Assembly: GCA_947649625.1 (NCBI GenBank)
Contig: CANSSJ010000003.1
Coordinates: 2,055-66,054, forward strand
Reading direction: 5' to 3'
From: an uncultured Bacillota bacterium
GTDB taxonomy: Bacteria > Bacillota > Clostridia > Oscillospirales > Oscillospiraceae
Length of the DNA stretch: 64,000 bases
Positions 37,597 through 47,345 of the stretch are shown piece by piece. The position numbers and the translations under genes are program-made. Under the pieces are notes generated by a model that was not told the DNA's origin, ran no database searches, and was given only the letters and a program-made list of their open reading frames with translations. Numbering within the stretch: position 1 is the first letter of the stretch; each line of letters starts with the position of its first letter.

Positions 37597-38856
37597 ATGA
37601 AAAAGCCTTTTGTCACCCTGGAGCAGCTCCAGGAGATCGTAAAAGTCTACCCCACCCCCTTCCACCTCTACGACGAGCGGGGCATCCGGGAAAACGCCCG
37701 GGCGGTGGCTCGGGCCTTCTCCTGGAACCCCGGTTTTAAGGAATATTTCGCCGTCAAGGCCACTCCCAACCCCCAGATTTTGAAAATCCTCCGGGAGGAG
37801 GGCTGCGGGGTGGACTGCTCCTCCCTCACCGAGCTGATGATGTCTGAGCGCTGCGGGTTCACAGGCGGGGAGATCATGTTCTCCTCCAACGACACCCCGG
37901 CGGAGGAGTTTGAACTGGCCGCCAAGCTGGGGGCCGCCATCAACCTGGATGACATCACCCATATCGACTTTCTGAAAAACACCATCGGTTATATCCCGAA
38001 AAAAATCTCCTGCCGGTATAACCCCGGCGGCACCTTCACCCTGGGGGAGAGCAAGGAGGGCTTCCAGGTGATGGACAACCCGGGCGACGCCAAGTACGGC
38101 ATGACCCGGCCCCAGATGACCGAGGCCTTCCGCCGTCTGAAGGAACTGGGGGCGGAGGAGTTCGGCATCCACGCCTTTCTGGCCTCCAACACCATCTCCA
38201 ACGACTACTTCCCCGCCCTGGCCGCTATCCTGTTCAAGACGGCCGTGGAGCTGAAAAACGAGACAGGGGCCCACATCACCTTCATCAACCTGTCCGGCGG
38301 TGTGGGAATCCCCTACCGCCCTGACCAGCCCGCCAACGACATCGCTGCCATCGGCCAGGGGGTGCGCCGCGCCTATGAGGAGATTCTGGTCCCCGCAGGT
38401 ATGGGGGATGTGTCCATCTGTACCGAGCTGGGCCGGTTCATGCTGGCCCCCTACGGCCATCTGGTGACGAAGGTGCTCCACCAGAAGCATATCCATAAGG
38501 AGTATATCGGGGTGGACGCATGCGCCGCCAACCTGATGCGCCCCGCCATCTATGGGGCCTACCACCATATTACCGTCATGGGCAAAGAGGGCGCCCCCTG
38601 TGACCACAAGTACGACGTGACCGGCTCCCTGTGTGAGAACTCCGACAAGTTCGCCGTGGACCGGATGCTGCCTGAGATCGAGATCGGCGACCTGCTGATC
38701 ATCCACGACACCGGGGCCCACGGCCACGCCATGGGCTACCAGTACAACGGCCGGCTGCGCTCTGCCGAGGTGCTCCTGTGCCAGGACGGCTCCACCCGCC
38801 TCATCCGCCGGGCCGAGACCCCCGAGGACTACTTTGCCACGGCGATATGGGACTGA
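37597..38856 (+). CDS. lysA: Diaminopimelate decarboxylase
   Basis: FAVKATPN (PLP lysine), NLSGGVG, ELGRF, GSLCENSD; promoter TTGACA-N17-TAGACT at 37529-37557. Confidence 0.93.
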   Translation: MKKPFVTLEQLQEIVKVYPTPFHLYDERGIRENARAVARAFSWNPGFKEYFAVKATPNPQILKILREEGCGVDCSSLTELMMSERCGFTGGEIMFSSNDTPAEEFELAAKLGAAINLDDITHIDFLKNTIGYIPKKISCRYNPGGTFTLGESKEGFQVMDNPGDAKYGMTRPQMTEAFRRLKELGAEEFGIHAFLASNTISNDYFPALAAILFKTAVELKNETGAHITFINLSGGVGIPYRPDQPANDIAAIGQGVRRAYEEILVPAGMGDVSICTELGRFMLAPYGHLVTKVLHQKHIHKEYIGVDACAANLMRPAIYGAYHHITVMGKEGAPCDHKYDVTGSLCENSDKFAVDRMLPEIEIGDLLIIHDTGAHGHAMGYQYNGRLRSAEVLLCQDGSTRLIRRAETPEDYFATAIWD

Positions 38857-38875
38857 CCCGCCGCCAAACCGGCTC

Positions 38876-38894
38876 TGTCAACCTGAGGTTGACA
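38876..38894. promoter_or_regulatory. Perfect palindrome TGTCAACCT-G-AGGTTGACA, candidate operator
   Basis: 9-bp inverted repeat about 19 bp upstream of a TTGTGG-N17-TATACT promoter of the XRE gene. Confidence 0.5.
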
Positions 38895-38978
38895 CATTTC
38901 CAGTTCTTCTTTCTTGTGGCGTCCGTCTGTTTTTGATATACTGAGCCCACATCGAACGAAAACGGAGGGTAATGCTCT

Positions 38979-39701
38979 ATGGAATTGAAGGATCGGATCG
39001 CCCTGGCCCGGAAGCAGGCGGGGTTGTCTCAGGAACAGCTGGGGGACCAGCTGGGGGTGTCCCGGCAGGCGGTGAGCAAGTGGGAGGCGGGCCAAGCCAA
39101 CCCGGACGTGACCTATGTCGCCGCCATGTGCCGGCTGTTTGGCGTGTCCTCCGACTGGCTGCTGCTGGGGGAGGAGAACGCCCAGTCTGCTGCTCCGGCC
39201 CGCTGTCCCGGCTGTCAGGCCATCGTCACCGGACTGGACCGCTTCTGCCCCTCCTGCGGCCGGAATCTGCGCAGCGGGGCCCAGCCCCTTATCACCTCCT
39301 ATACCCTTGTTCTGAAGGGGGCCCAAAACCCCGGCGAACTGAACGGCGCCGCCGACCTGATCCGCCTGTCTAACAGCGGCTGCTTTTCCGAGGACTCTCC
39401 CCTGGCCCAGCCCCTCCAATATGAGGAGGCGGAACGGCTTACCGCCTCCGCCCCTCTGATCCTGGGCACGGGCCTGTCCAGGGAGCAGGCCTGTGAGCTT
39501 CTGGACAGGTGCATTTACTCCAACGCCTTTCTTGTCCTTCAGGACAGTGAGGAGACCGACCCCCAGGTTCTGGCCTCCCAGCCCGGCTTCAGCCTGTCTG
39601 TCCTGCGGCCCAAACAGCGGGAGCCGCTGTCCTTCGGCATGGTGGTGCTGGCGGTGGTCCTGGGGGTGGCGGGGGCGATCTTCCTGCTGTCCTTCCTGTG
39701 A
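38979..39701 (+). CDS. Membrane-anchored XRE regulator with double Zn-ribbon and L7/L12-C-like segment
   Basis: N-terminal HTH (SQEQL...VSRQAVSKWE), CPGC..CPSC, EEAERLTASAPLILGTGLSREQA, C-terminal TM helix. Confidence 0.75.
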   Translation: MELKDRIALARKQAGLSQEQLGDQLGVSRQAVSKWEAGQANPDVTYVAAMCRLFGVSSDWLLLGEENAQSAAPARCPGCQAIVTGLDRFCPSCGRNLRSGAQPLITSYTLVLKGAQNPGELNGAADLIRLSNSGCFSEDSPLAQPLQYEEAERLTASAPLILGTGLSREQACELLDRCIYSNAFLVLQDSEETDPQVLASQPGFSLSVLRPKQREPLSFGMVVLAVVLGVAGAIFLLSFL

Positions 39702-40063
39702 GCCGGAACAAACTGAACCTGTCCGTCCTGCTGGGGGCGGGAGGCTTCTACCTGCTGAACCGCCTCTGGCTGGCCCGGGCCGTCCGGGGCTGGCCGGGCT
39801 GGTTTCTCCGCTGCTACGCCAACGACCTGTGGGCCGGGGCGGCCATCCTGGCCTGGGCCGACCTCCTGCTGGGCTGGGGCCGGCTCCCCAGGCTGAGCCG
39901 GCCGGGGCAGACCGTCCCCCTCCTGCTGGCCTGCGGGCTGGTGTGGGAGGTGCTGGCCCCCCTGTGGAAGCCGGGGGCGGTGTTCGACCCCTGGGACTTC
40001 CTGGCCTATCAGCTGGGCGGGCTGTGCTGGCTGTGGGCAGCAAAATTTTTCCCTTCGAGGTGA
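39698..40063 (+). CDS. Small membrane protein (3-4 TM)
   Basis: Hydrophobic; WEVLAP...AVFDPWDFLAY; GTGA overlap. Confidence 0.7.
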   Translation: MSRNKLNLSVLLGAGGFYLLNRLWLARAVRGWPGWFLRCYANDLWAGAAILAWADLLLGWGRLPRLSRPGQTVPLLLACGLVWEVLAPLWKPGAVFDPWDFLAYQLGGLCWLWAAKFFPSR

Positions 40064-40069
40064 AGCTGT

Positions 40070-40438
40070 TTGAACATCATGGGCGAGCTGACCATTATCT
40101 TTGGCCTGTGCCTTGTCTCCGAGGGCATATCCGCCCTCATTCCGATGGCCTTCCCGGCCAGCGTCATCGCGCTGCTGCTTTTGTCCCTGCTGCTGTTCAC
40201 AAAGGTCCTCAAGCCGGAGCATATCCGGCGTGTCAGCACCTTTCTGGTGGCCAATATGGCCTTTTTCTTCCTCCCCTCCTGCGTAGAGGTGATGGAGCAC
40301 GCCCCAGCCATCCTGGGCCAGCTTGCCCCCTTTCTGCTCATCAGCTTCCTCACCGTTCCGCTGATCTACGGCGTCACCGCCTGGGTGGTTCAGCTCCTCA
40401 TCCGCCGGATGGGAAAGGGGGGCGGTCCCCATGTTTGA
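40070..40438 (+). CDS. CidA/LrgA family holin-like protein
   Basis: FPASVIALLLL, MAFFFLPSCV; TTG start; adjacent to LrgB. Confidence 0.88.
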   Translation: MNIMGELTIIFGLCLVSEGISALIPMAFPASVIALLLLSLLLFTKVLKPEHIRRVSTFLVANMAFFFLPSCVEVMEHAPAILGQLAPFLLISFLTVPLIYGVTAWVVQLLIRRMGKGGGPHV

Positions 40439-41105
40439 CGCCATGCTCTCCTCCCCCCTGTTCGGGCTGACCCTCTCCGCCGCCGCCTGGTGCGCGGGCC
40501 TCCAGGTACAGAAAAAAATAGGGCGGCTGCCCCCTCTGCTCACCGCCGCCGCCCTGATCATCGCGGTGCTGGCCCTCTTCCGCATCCCCTATTCCCACTA
40601 CGCCGCCGGAGGTAATTTCATCAAGCTGATGCTGGGCCCCGTCACCGCCGTGCTGGCCCTGAACATCTACAACCAGCGGATCGTTCTGAAGGAGCATTTT
40701 ATCCCTGTGCTGGCCGGCTGTCTGGCCGGCAGCCTCACCAGCGTGGACAGCATCCTGCTGCTGTGCCGGGCCTTCCATGTAGACGACGCCCTGGCCGCCT
40801 CCCTCCTGCCCAAGAGCGTCACCACCGCCATCGCCATCGGCATCGCCGAGAGCCGGGGCGGCGTGGGGGGCATCGCGGCGGCGGCGGTGATGGTGGCCGG
40901 CCTCACCGGAGCGGTATTCGCCCCTCTCTTCGCCAGGCTGTTCCATATCACCGACCCGGTGGCGGAGGGGCTGGCCATCGGGGCCTGTTCCCACGCCCTG
41001 GGCACCACCCGGGCTATGGAGATCGGCCCGGTCCAGGGGGCCATGAGTTCCATCGCCATCTGTGTCTGCGGTATTCTGACCTCGATCCTGGTCCTGTTTC
41101 TATGA
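40431..41105 (+). CDS. LrgB/CidB family protein
   Basis: LGPVTAVLA, PKSVTTAIA, GLAIGACSHALGT. Confidence 0.92.
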   Translation: MFDAMLSSPLFGLTLSAAAWCAGLQVQKKIGRLPPLLTAAALIIAVLALFRIPYSHYAAGGNFIKLMLGPVTAVLALNIYNQRIVLKEHFIPVLAGCLAGSLTSVDSILLLCRAFHVDDALAASLLPKSVTTAIAIGIAESRGGVGGIAAAAVMVAGLTGAVFAPLFARLFHITDPVAEGLAIGACSHALGTTRAMEIGPVQGAMSSIAICVCGILTSILVLFL

Positions 41106-41108
41106 AAA

Positions 41109-41133
41109 ACCGCCCTGCCATCGGCAGGGCGGT
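41109..41133. terminator. Terminator between lrgB and ftsZ
   Basis: ACCGCCCTGCC-atc-GGCAGGGCGGT. Confidence 0.75.
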
Positions 41134-41138
41134 CAAAT

Positions 41139-42293
41139 TTATCTCTTCCGGTTGAAAATGCGCTCCAGCATATCCCAGTCGTCGTCGGCCACGGCGGGCT
41201 TGGGGGCCTCGGGGACGGGCTCCGGTTCAGGCTCAGGCTCCGGTTCAGGCTCCGGAGCGGGCTCCTCCGCCGCGGGGGCGGGAGCCGCGGGCTGGTAAGC
41301 CGGCTGCTCCTGCATGTAGGGGAAGGGGACGGCCTGGTCCTCCTCAAAGCCGGTGGCGATCACCGTGACCCGGATCTCGTCCTCCAGCGTCTCGTCGAAG
41401 GCGGCGCCGAAGATGATGTTGGCGTCGGGATAGGCGGCCTCCTGTACCAGATTGGCGGCGGTCTCTACCTCCTCCAATCCCATGTCCATAGAGCCGGTGA
41501 CGTTGATCAGCACGCCCCGGGCCCCGTTGATGGACGTCTCCAGCAGAGGGCTGGAGATGGCCATTTTCGCGGCCTCCTCCGCCTTGTTCTTGCCGGCGGC
41601 CCGGCCCACGCCCATGTGCGCCCGGCCGGCGTCCTTCATCACGGCGGACACGTCGGCAAAATCCTGGTTGATAAAGCCGGTATTTTTGATGAGGTCGGAG
41701 ATGGACTGGACGGCCTGCTGGAGCACGTCGTCGGCGATCTCAAAGGCGTTTGCCAGGGTGATCTTCTGATCGCTGGCCAGCTTCAGCCGCTCGTTGGGGA
41801 TGATGACCAGAGAGTCCACCTTGGAGCGCAGCTCAGCGATGCCCGCCTCAGCCTGACGCATCCGGCGGGGGCCCTCAAAGCGGAAAGGTTTGGTGACCAC
41901 GCCCACGGTGAGGATGCCCTGCTCCTTGGCGATATCGGCCACGATGGGGGCCGCGCCTGTACCGGTGCCGCCGCCCATGCCTGCGGTGATGAACACCATG
42001 TCGGTATTCTCCAGGGTCTCCGAGATCTGCTTGCGGCTCTCCTCGGCGGACTTGCGGCCCACCTCGGGGTCAGCGCCGGCGCCCTGGCCGTTGGTCAGCT
42101 TCTCCCCGATCTGAATCTTATTGGTGGCGCTGGAGGCCTCCAGCGCCTGCTTGTCCGTGTTGACGGCGATAAAGTCCACGCCCTTGGTCCCCGTGCGGAC
42201 CATGCGGTTGACCACATTGTTTCCGCCGCCGCCCACGCCGATCACCTTGATGCTGACCACGCTTTCAGGGCCCATATCCAATCCAAACGCCAT
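41139..42293 (-). CDS. ftsZ: Cell division protein FtsZ
   Basis: [17 protein letters not shown], (PE)n linker; own promoter TTGACC-N17-TACAAT at 42371-42399. Confidence 0.97.
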   Translation of the reverse strand: MAFGLDMGPESVVSIKVIGVGGGGNNVVNRMVRTGTKGVDFIAVNTDKQALEASSATNKIQIGEKLTNGQGAGADPEVGRKSAEESRKQISETLENTDMVFITAGMGGGTGTGAAPIVADIAKEQGILTVGVVTKPFRFEGPRRMRQAEAGIAELRSKVDSLVIIPNERLKLASDQKITLANAFEIADDVLQQAVQSISDLIKNTGFINQDFADVSAVMKDAGRAHMGVGRAAGKNKAEEAAKMAISSPLLETSINGARGVLINVTGSMDMGLEEVETAANLVQEAAYPDANIIFGAAFDETLEDEIRVTVIATGFEEDQAVPFPYMQEQPAYQPAAPAPAAEEPAPEPEPEPEPEPEPVPEAPKPAVADDDWDMLERIFNRKR

Positions 42294-42445
42294 TGCTTTT
42301 CCTCCTATGTACAGCGGGGCCGCCGCAAGGTCTTGTGAGCCGCTCCCGGTTTTAATCAAGATTTTGTTTCATTGTACCGCAGTTTTTTCCATAGGTCAAG
42401 AGGAAATCATACATCCGACTAAAGTTTCCACATTTTTCATTCCAG

Positions 42446-43300
42446 TCAGTTCTCCGGCTTGGCCGGCGAGTAGACCGCCTCGTGTTTTTCCTGGGTCAGA
42501 TCAATGGAGCCGGCGGCCTCGGGGCCGTATTTCCCCTCCATCTGCTCCCGGACGGCCTGCATCAGCCGGATATTGTAGTCAAAGTCCGCGTTCAGCCGCA
42601 TTTTAACGTCGAAGCGGCCCGCATACCGCAGAGTCAGCCGGGTGGTCTCCAGGCGGATCTGAGCCACCTGGTCAAACAGGTCCGCTTCCTCTACCGCCTG
42701 CAGCAGAGCCGTGAGGGCCTCCAGCCTGGTCGCCTCCCCCTCCGGCACCCGCAGCATCTCCCCCGCCTGGGGCGCAATGGCGGTCAGGCCGGTGACCACG
42801 ATGGCCTGGCTGTCCGCCGGGGCCTGCTCCAGCAGCTTGCCCCTCACGCTGATGAGCCAGGGCTCCTGGGCCAGGGGCACTGGCTCCGCGCCCTCTTGTC
42901 CCCCGGTCAGGTCCTCCTGGGCCGCCGCCGCCTGCTCCGGGTCCGGCACGGCCACCTGGGCCACTGCCTCCCACTCGGTCACATTGATGAGGATGGTGCT
43001 GGGCAGAGCCCGGTTGATGGACAGCTCCCCCACATAGGGCAGCTGAGTCCGGATTTTTCGGTCGATGCGCACCTTATTCAAAGCGTAGAGATTATCGCCC
43101 ATCTGGATACCGGAGGCCGCGATGATCTCCTCCTGAGTGTAGCGCTGATTGCCGGTCACCGTCACCGTCTCCACCCGGAAGAATACCGTGGCCCCTCCCG
43201 TCAGCGCCACCACTACCGCCAGCACACACAGCAGCTTGAACAGAGGCCCGAACCGGCCCCTGTTCCTCCTGCGTGTTCTGCTGCGGCTGCGTCTTGACAT
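42446..43300 (-). CDS. ftsQ: Cell division protein FtsQ/DivIB
   Basis: Basic N-tail, single TM, POTRA domain (VTGNQRY), dcw position. Confidence 0.85.
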   Translation of the reverse strand: MSRRSRSRTRRRNRGRFGPLFKLLCVLAVVVALTGGATVFFRVETVTVTGNQRYTQEEIIAASGIQMGDNLYALNKVRIDRKIRTQLPYVGELSINRALPSTILINVTEWEAVAQVAVPDPEQAAAAQEDLTGGQEGAEPVPLAQEPWLISVRGKLLEQAPADSQAIVVTGLTAIAPQAGEMLRVPEGEATRLEALTALLQAVEEADLFDQVAQIRLETTRLTLRYAGRFDVKMRLNADFDYNIRLMQAVREQMEGKYGPEAAGSIDLTQEKHEAVYSPAKPEN

Positions 43301-43327
43301 GGTGGTTCTCCTTGGTTCGTTAGGATC

Positions 43328-43499
43328 AAGGCCCCCTTCGCAAAGGGCCGACTCCCCCTGTCAGGGGGAGATGTCGCGAAGCGACAGAGGGGGTAGGGGG
43401 CTGGCACGGCGAAGCCGTGACTGGGGGTTTTCTGTAGATAAACCCTCCACCACCGGGCTTCGCCCGGCGGTCCCCCTCCCTTTCCGAAGGGAGGCTTTT
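43328..43499. repeat. Modular palindromic repeat, family A copy 2, with an extra ~45-bp module
   Basis: Shared blocks with 11357-11499; insert CCGACTCCCCCTGTCAGGGGGAGATGTCGCGAAGCGACAGAGGGGGTA. Confidence 0.85.
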
Positions 43500-43506
43500 T
43501 GCGCGC

Positions 43507-44766
43507 TTACGGCACTTCCCGGATGTCCGCCCCCAGGGCCCGCAGATTTTTGTCCAGCGCCTGGTAGCCCCGGCGGATGTGCCGCAGCCCTGACACCTGG
43601 GTGGTCCCCTCCGCTCCTAATGCGGCCACCACAAGGGCGGCCCCGCCCCGCAGATCGGGGGAGCGGACGGCGGCCCCATGGAGCCGCCCCACACCGGACA
43701 CCATGGCCGCCCGGCCGGCAACCTGAATATCCGCTCCCATCCGGCGCAGCTCATCCACGTGGCGGTAGCGGCTGTCGAAGATGTTCTCCACAAAGAGGGT
43801 GGCCCCCTCTCCCCCCGCCAGAGCCGCCATAAGGACGGCCTGGGCGTCGGTGGGAAAGCCGGGGTAGGGCGCGGTGCGCACAGGGGAAATGCTCCGCAGG
43901 GATGGCCCTCCGGCCAGAGCAATCCGGTCCGGCCCGGTATGTATCGTACAGCCCGCCTCCTCCAGACAAGTCAGAACGGCGGTGAGGTGGTCGGGCAGGA
44001 CACCGGTAAGCTCCACCTCTCCCCCGGCGGCCGCCGCGCCGCACAGGTAGGTGGCGGCCGCGATGCGGTCGCCCATCACCCGGTACTCCGCCGGATGGAG
44101 GGACGCGCCCCCCTGGATGGCGATGACCGGGGTGCCCGCGCCCTTGACCTCCGCCCCCAGACTGCGGAGGAAATTCTGCAGATCAATGATTTCCGGCTCT
44201 CGAGCCGCCCCCACCACAGTAGTCAGGCCGGGGCAGCCGCAGGCAGCCAGCATAATGTTTTCGGTGGCCCCCACGCTGGGGATAGACAGGCAGATCTCCC
44301 GGCCGCTCAGCCCTCCCTGCCCCCGGCAGCAGCACAGAGCGCCCTGTTCCTCCCAGATCTCGGCCCCCAGGGTCCGAAGGGCGGACAGGTGCAGGTCAAT
44401 GGGCCGGGGCCCCAGCTCACAGCCCCCAGGATAGGACAGCTCCGCCGTCCCCAGCCGGGCCAGCAGGGCCCCCAGGAAGATCACCGAAGAGCGCATCTCC
44501 CGCATGAGATGCTCCGGGATGTCGCTACGGCCCAGGGCAGAGGCATCAATCAAGACAGTGTCTCCCTCCCGGTCCGCCCTGCACCCCAGCAGGCGCAGGA
44601 TATCCAGGGTGACGGACACGTCGGACAGGTCGGGGCAGTTGTGGATCACGCTCTGCCCGGGTGCCAGCAGGCAGGCGGCCAGTATGGGCAGGACGCTGTT
44701 CTTGGCCCCGTGGATGGCCAGGGTCCCCCCCAGGGGCCGTCCGCCCTGAATTTCGTAATAGCTCAT
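43507..44766 (-). CDS. murA: UDP-GlcNAc 1-carboxyvinyltransferase
   Basis: GAKNS, PGGCELGPRPIDLH, SVGATEN, PYPGFPTD. Confidence 0.95.
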   Translation of the reverse strand: MSYYEIQGGRPLGGTLAIHGAKNSVLPILAACLLAPGQSVIHNCPDLSDVSVTLDILRLLGCRADREGDTVLIDASALGRSDIPEHLMREMRSSVIFLGALLARLGTAELSYPGGCELGPRPIDLHLSALRTLGAEIWEEQGALCCCRGQGGLSGREICLSIPSVGATENIMLAACGCPGLTTVVGAAREPEIIDLQNFLRSLGAEVKGAGTPVIAIQGGASLHPAEYRVMGDRIAAATYLCGAAAAGGEVELTGVLPDHLTAVLTCLEEAGCTIHTGPDRIALAGGPSLRSISPVRTAPYPGFPTDAQAVLMAALAGGEGATLFVENIFDSRYRHVDELRRMGADIQVAGRAAMVSGVGRLHGAAVRSPDLRGGAALVVAALGAEGTTQVSGLRHIRRGYQALDKNLRALGADIREVP

Positions 44767-44799
44767 GGGATAGCCCTCCAAATCGTTGGAATCTGGGCT

Positions 44800-44826
44800 A
44801 TCCTATGCGAAAGTCCGCAATATGGT
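44800..44826 (-). promoter_or_regulatory. Mother-cell sigma (sigmaK/E)-like promoter before murA: AC-N17-CATAGGAT
   Basis: Matches the sigmaK consensus; same CGCATAGGATAG 12-mer as before the sleC locus. Confidence 0.45.
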
Positions 44827-45947
44827 TATTTCATAATCTCCCTCAGCGTCTCGTAAATCTTCTCCCCGGCGTCGGGGACGGCCATGGCCCGCAGGGCGGC
44901 GGCTATGCTCTCCCGGCGTTCCCGCTCTCGAAGAAGGAGGGCGGCTTCGTCATAGAGGGTATTTTCCACACAGTCGGCCTCCCGCAGGAGAACGGCGGCC
45001 CCCTGGTCGGAGAGCACCCGGGCGTTTTTCTCCTGGTGGTTGGCGGTGACGTTGGGGGAGGGCACCAGCACCGCCGGCTTGGCGATGGCGGTGAGCTCCG
45101 AGATTGTGGAGGCCCCCGCCCGGCACAGCACCAGGTCGGCGGCGGCCATCACCAGGGGCATGTCGTAGATATACTCCCGGACCTCCACCCCGTTGTCCCC
45201 CAGCTTCAGCCCCCGGCGGAGCAGCTCCTCCTGCATCCAGGGGTAATCCCGCCCCGCGCCGTGGATGTGCCGCCAGGGAGCGCCCTCGTAGCACTCCTTG
45301 GCCAGGAAATCCACCATCTTCTGGTTCATCACCTCCGCCCCCAGGGAACCCCAGTAGGACAGCAGCAGGGGCCGGTCGTCGGCAAAGCCCAGCTTTTGAC
45401 GGGCCTCCTGACGGGTGTACTTGAAAAAGTCCCCCCGCACCGGGGTGCCGGTGACCACCACCTTCTCGGGGTGCTCGTAATGCTCCCGGCTCTCCTCAAA
45501 GCCCACCATCACCCGGTCCACCACTTTGGACAGGGCCTTGGTGGTCAGTCCGGGAACGGCGTTGGACTCGTGGACGGCGGTGGGGATGCCCCGATGGGCC
45601 GCCTCGTTGACCACAGGGAAGGAGGCATAACCCCCGGTGCCCACCACCAGATCGGGCTGGAATTCGTCCAGGATGGCCTGGGCCTGCTTTTTGGACTTGC
45701 CCAGGTTCACCAGGGTGCCCAGATTGTGGACGATCTCGGCGGGGGCAAAGGAGCGGTGGAAGTTGGTGATGGTCACCGTCCGGATCTGATAGCCCTCCTT
45801 GGGCACCAGCTTGTTCTCCATGCCCCCGTCCGCTCCCACAAAGAGGACGCGGCAGCCGGGGTGCCGCTCCTGAAAGATGCGGGCCAGGGCCACCGCCGGG
45901 TTCACATGTCCGGCCGTGCCACCGCAGGTAAACAGTACGTTCATCAT
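44826..45947 (-). CDS. murG: Lipid II GlcNAc transferase
   Basis: GGTAGHVNP, HESN, GSLGA, RAGAST, NHQEKNA. Confidence 0.96.
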   Translation of the reverse strand: MMNVLFTCGGTAGHVNPAVALARIFQERHPGCRVLFVGADGGMENKLVPKEGYQIRTVTITNFHRSFAPAEIVHNLGTLVNLGKSKKQAQAILDEFQPDLVVGTGGYASFPVVNEAAHRGIPTAVHESNAVPGLTTKALSKVVDRVMVGFEESREHYEHPEKVVVTGTPVRGDFFKYTRQEARQKLGFADDRPLLLSYWGSLGAEVMNQKMVDFLAKECYEGAPWRHIHGAGRDYPWMQEELLRRGLKLGDNGVEVREYIYDMPLVMAAADLVLCRAGASTISELTAIAKPAVLVPSPNVTANHQEKNARVLSDQGAAVLLREADCVENTLYDEAALLLRERERRESIAAALRAMAVPDAGEKIYETLREIMK

Positions 45948-45956
45948 AACACCTCG

Positions 45957-47189
45957 TCAATCCTTTCTGGGCGCCGGTATCTGTCGTGAAATGCTCAATA
46001 TCATGCCCATCTCCGCCAGATGGATCATCAGGGCGGTGCCGCCGTAGCTGAAGAAGGGCAGGGAGATGCCGGTGTTGGGAATCAGTCCGGTAACCACGCC
46101 GATGTTGAAAAACACCTGGGCGGCCAGCAGGGTGACGATGCCCACCACGGTGAGCATCCCGAATTTGTCCCGGGCGTGGAGGGCGATCCAGTAGCCCCGG
46201 AGGATGAGCAGAGAGAACAGGATCAGGATGAGGTAGCCCCCCACCAGCCCCAGCTCCTCCACCCCGATGGAGAAGATCATGTCGTTCTCCGGCTCGGGGA
46301 CAAAGCCGTATTTCTGGTTGCTCTCCCCCAGCCCCCGGCCCAGCAGACCGCCGGAGGCGATGGAGTAGATGCCCTGGCGGAACTGGAAGCCCTCCACCTG
46401 GGGATCGGCCGACCAGGGGTCCAGCCAGAGGGCAAACTTTTTTCTGACATAGGCCGTTGTCATATACATGATACCCACCAAGGCGACACCCAGCCCCCCC
46501 AGGCCAAAGAACCACCAAAGGCTGATGCCGGACACCAGCAGGACGGCGGCGGCTCCCACCGCCACCAGCAGCGCGCCGGAGACATGGCGCTCAAAGGCCA
46601 CCAGGCCCAGTACGGTCACCAGCACCAGACCGTAGGGCACCAGCTCCAGAAAACCGATCTTTTCCAGCCAGTTCAGCAGCCGCCCGGTGGTGGTGCGCTT
46701 GGTGAAGCGCTTTTTGTGCTCGGTGTCCCGCTTGCACAGCCGGGCGGAGAAGAAGAGCACCACCGCCACCTTGGCCACCTCCGAGGGCTGGAAGGTGGGG
46801 CCCTTGGGGATGACCAGCAGGACGTAGAGCCAGCGGCGCTGGTGGTTGATCCTGACCCCCAGGGGGGTGTAGCAGAGAATCAGCAGTACAATCGCGACGC
46901 CCAAGGCCAGAGGGGCCATCCAGCGGAAGTGCTGGTAGTTGATACGGGAAATGAGGTACATCGCCGCCACGCCCGCCGCAGCGTAGAGGGCCTGGCGGGT
47001 GATGTAGAAATAGGGGTTGTTGTTCACCGGGGGCTTGGAGTCCCGGAATGCGGTGTAGTAGGAGGCGGAGAAGAGCATCACCAGCCCGATCCCCAGCAGC
47101 AGGAGCACCAGCATGAGAAAGGGCAGGTCCAGCGGCCCCCGGGCCAGCTGCTCCTCCATGGTCAGATCGCGTTTCGCTTTGCGGGCCAA
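45957..47189 (-). CDS. ftsW: SEDS peptidoglycan polymerase FtsW/SpoVE
   Basis: FQPSEVAK, PEPENDMIF, P.TGISLPFFSYGG; TTG start after AGAAAGGAGG. Confidence 0.9.
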   Translation of the reverse strand: MARKAKRDLTMEEQLARGPLDLPFLMLVLLLLGIGLVMLFSASYYTAFRDSKPPVNNNPYFYITRQALYAAAGVAAMYLISRINYQHFRWMAPLALGVAIVLLILCYTPLGVRINHQRRWLYVLLVIPKGPTFQPSEVAKVAVVLFFSARLCKRDTEHKKRFTKRTTTGRLLNWLEKIGFLELVPYGLVLVTVLGLVAFERHVSGALLVAVGAAAVLLVSGISLWWFFGLGGLGVALVGIMYMTTAYVRKKFALWLDPWSADPQVEGFQFRQGIYSIASGGLLGRGLGESNQKYGFVPEPENDMIFSIGVEELGLVGGYLILILFSLLILRGYWIALHARDKFGMLTVVGIVTLLAAQVFFNIGVVTGLIPNTGISLPFFSYGGTALMIHLAEMGMILSISRQIPAPRKD

Positions 47190-47335
47190 GGGCTTCGCCT
47201 CCTTTCTCGTCGTCGCAAAGTCCGCTTCATTCGGAGCACCCTGTCGGGTATTCCTCATTACGCTCCCTTGCTCCTCCTCTCCAAACGCGACCCGCTGGCG
47301 CTGGGCTCGCGTTTGGGAGCGGCCTACGGCCGCTT
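47190..47335. other. Structured intergenic element between mraY and ftsW (probable interspersed repeat); supplies the ftsW RBS
   Basis: Stems CCAAACGCGA/TCGCGTTTGG (47281-47316) and AGCGGCC-tac-GGCCGCT; single copy in this window. Confidence 0.45.
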
Positions 47336-47345
47336 TTTGTCCCTT

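Noticed and set aside
41221-41265. Tandem repeat in ftsZ
   Set aside because: Encodes the ordinary disordered (PE)n linker
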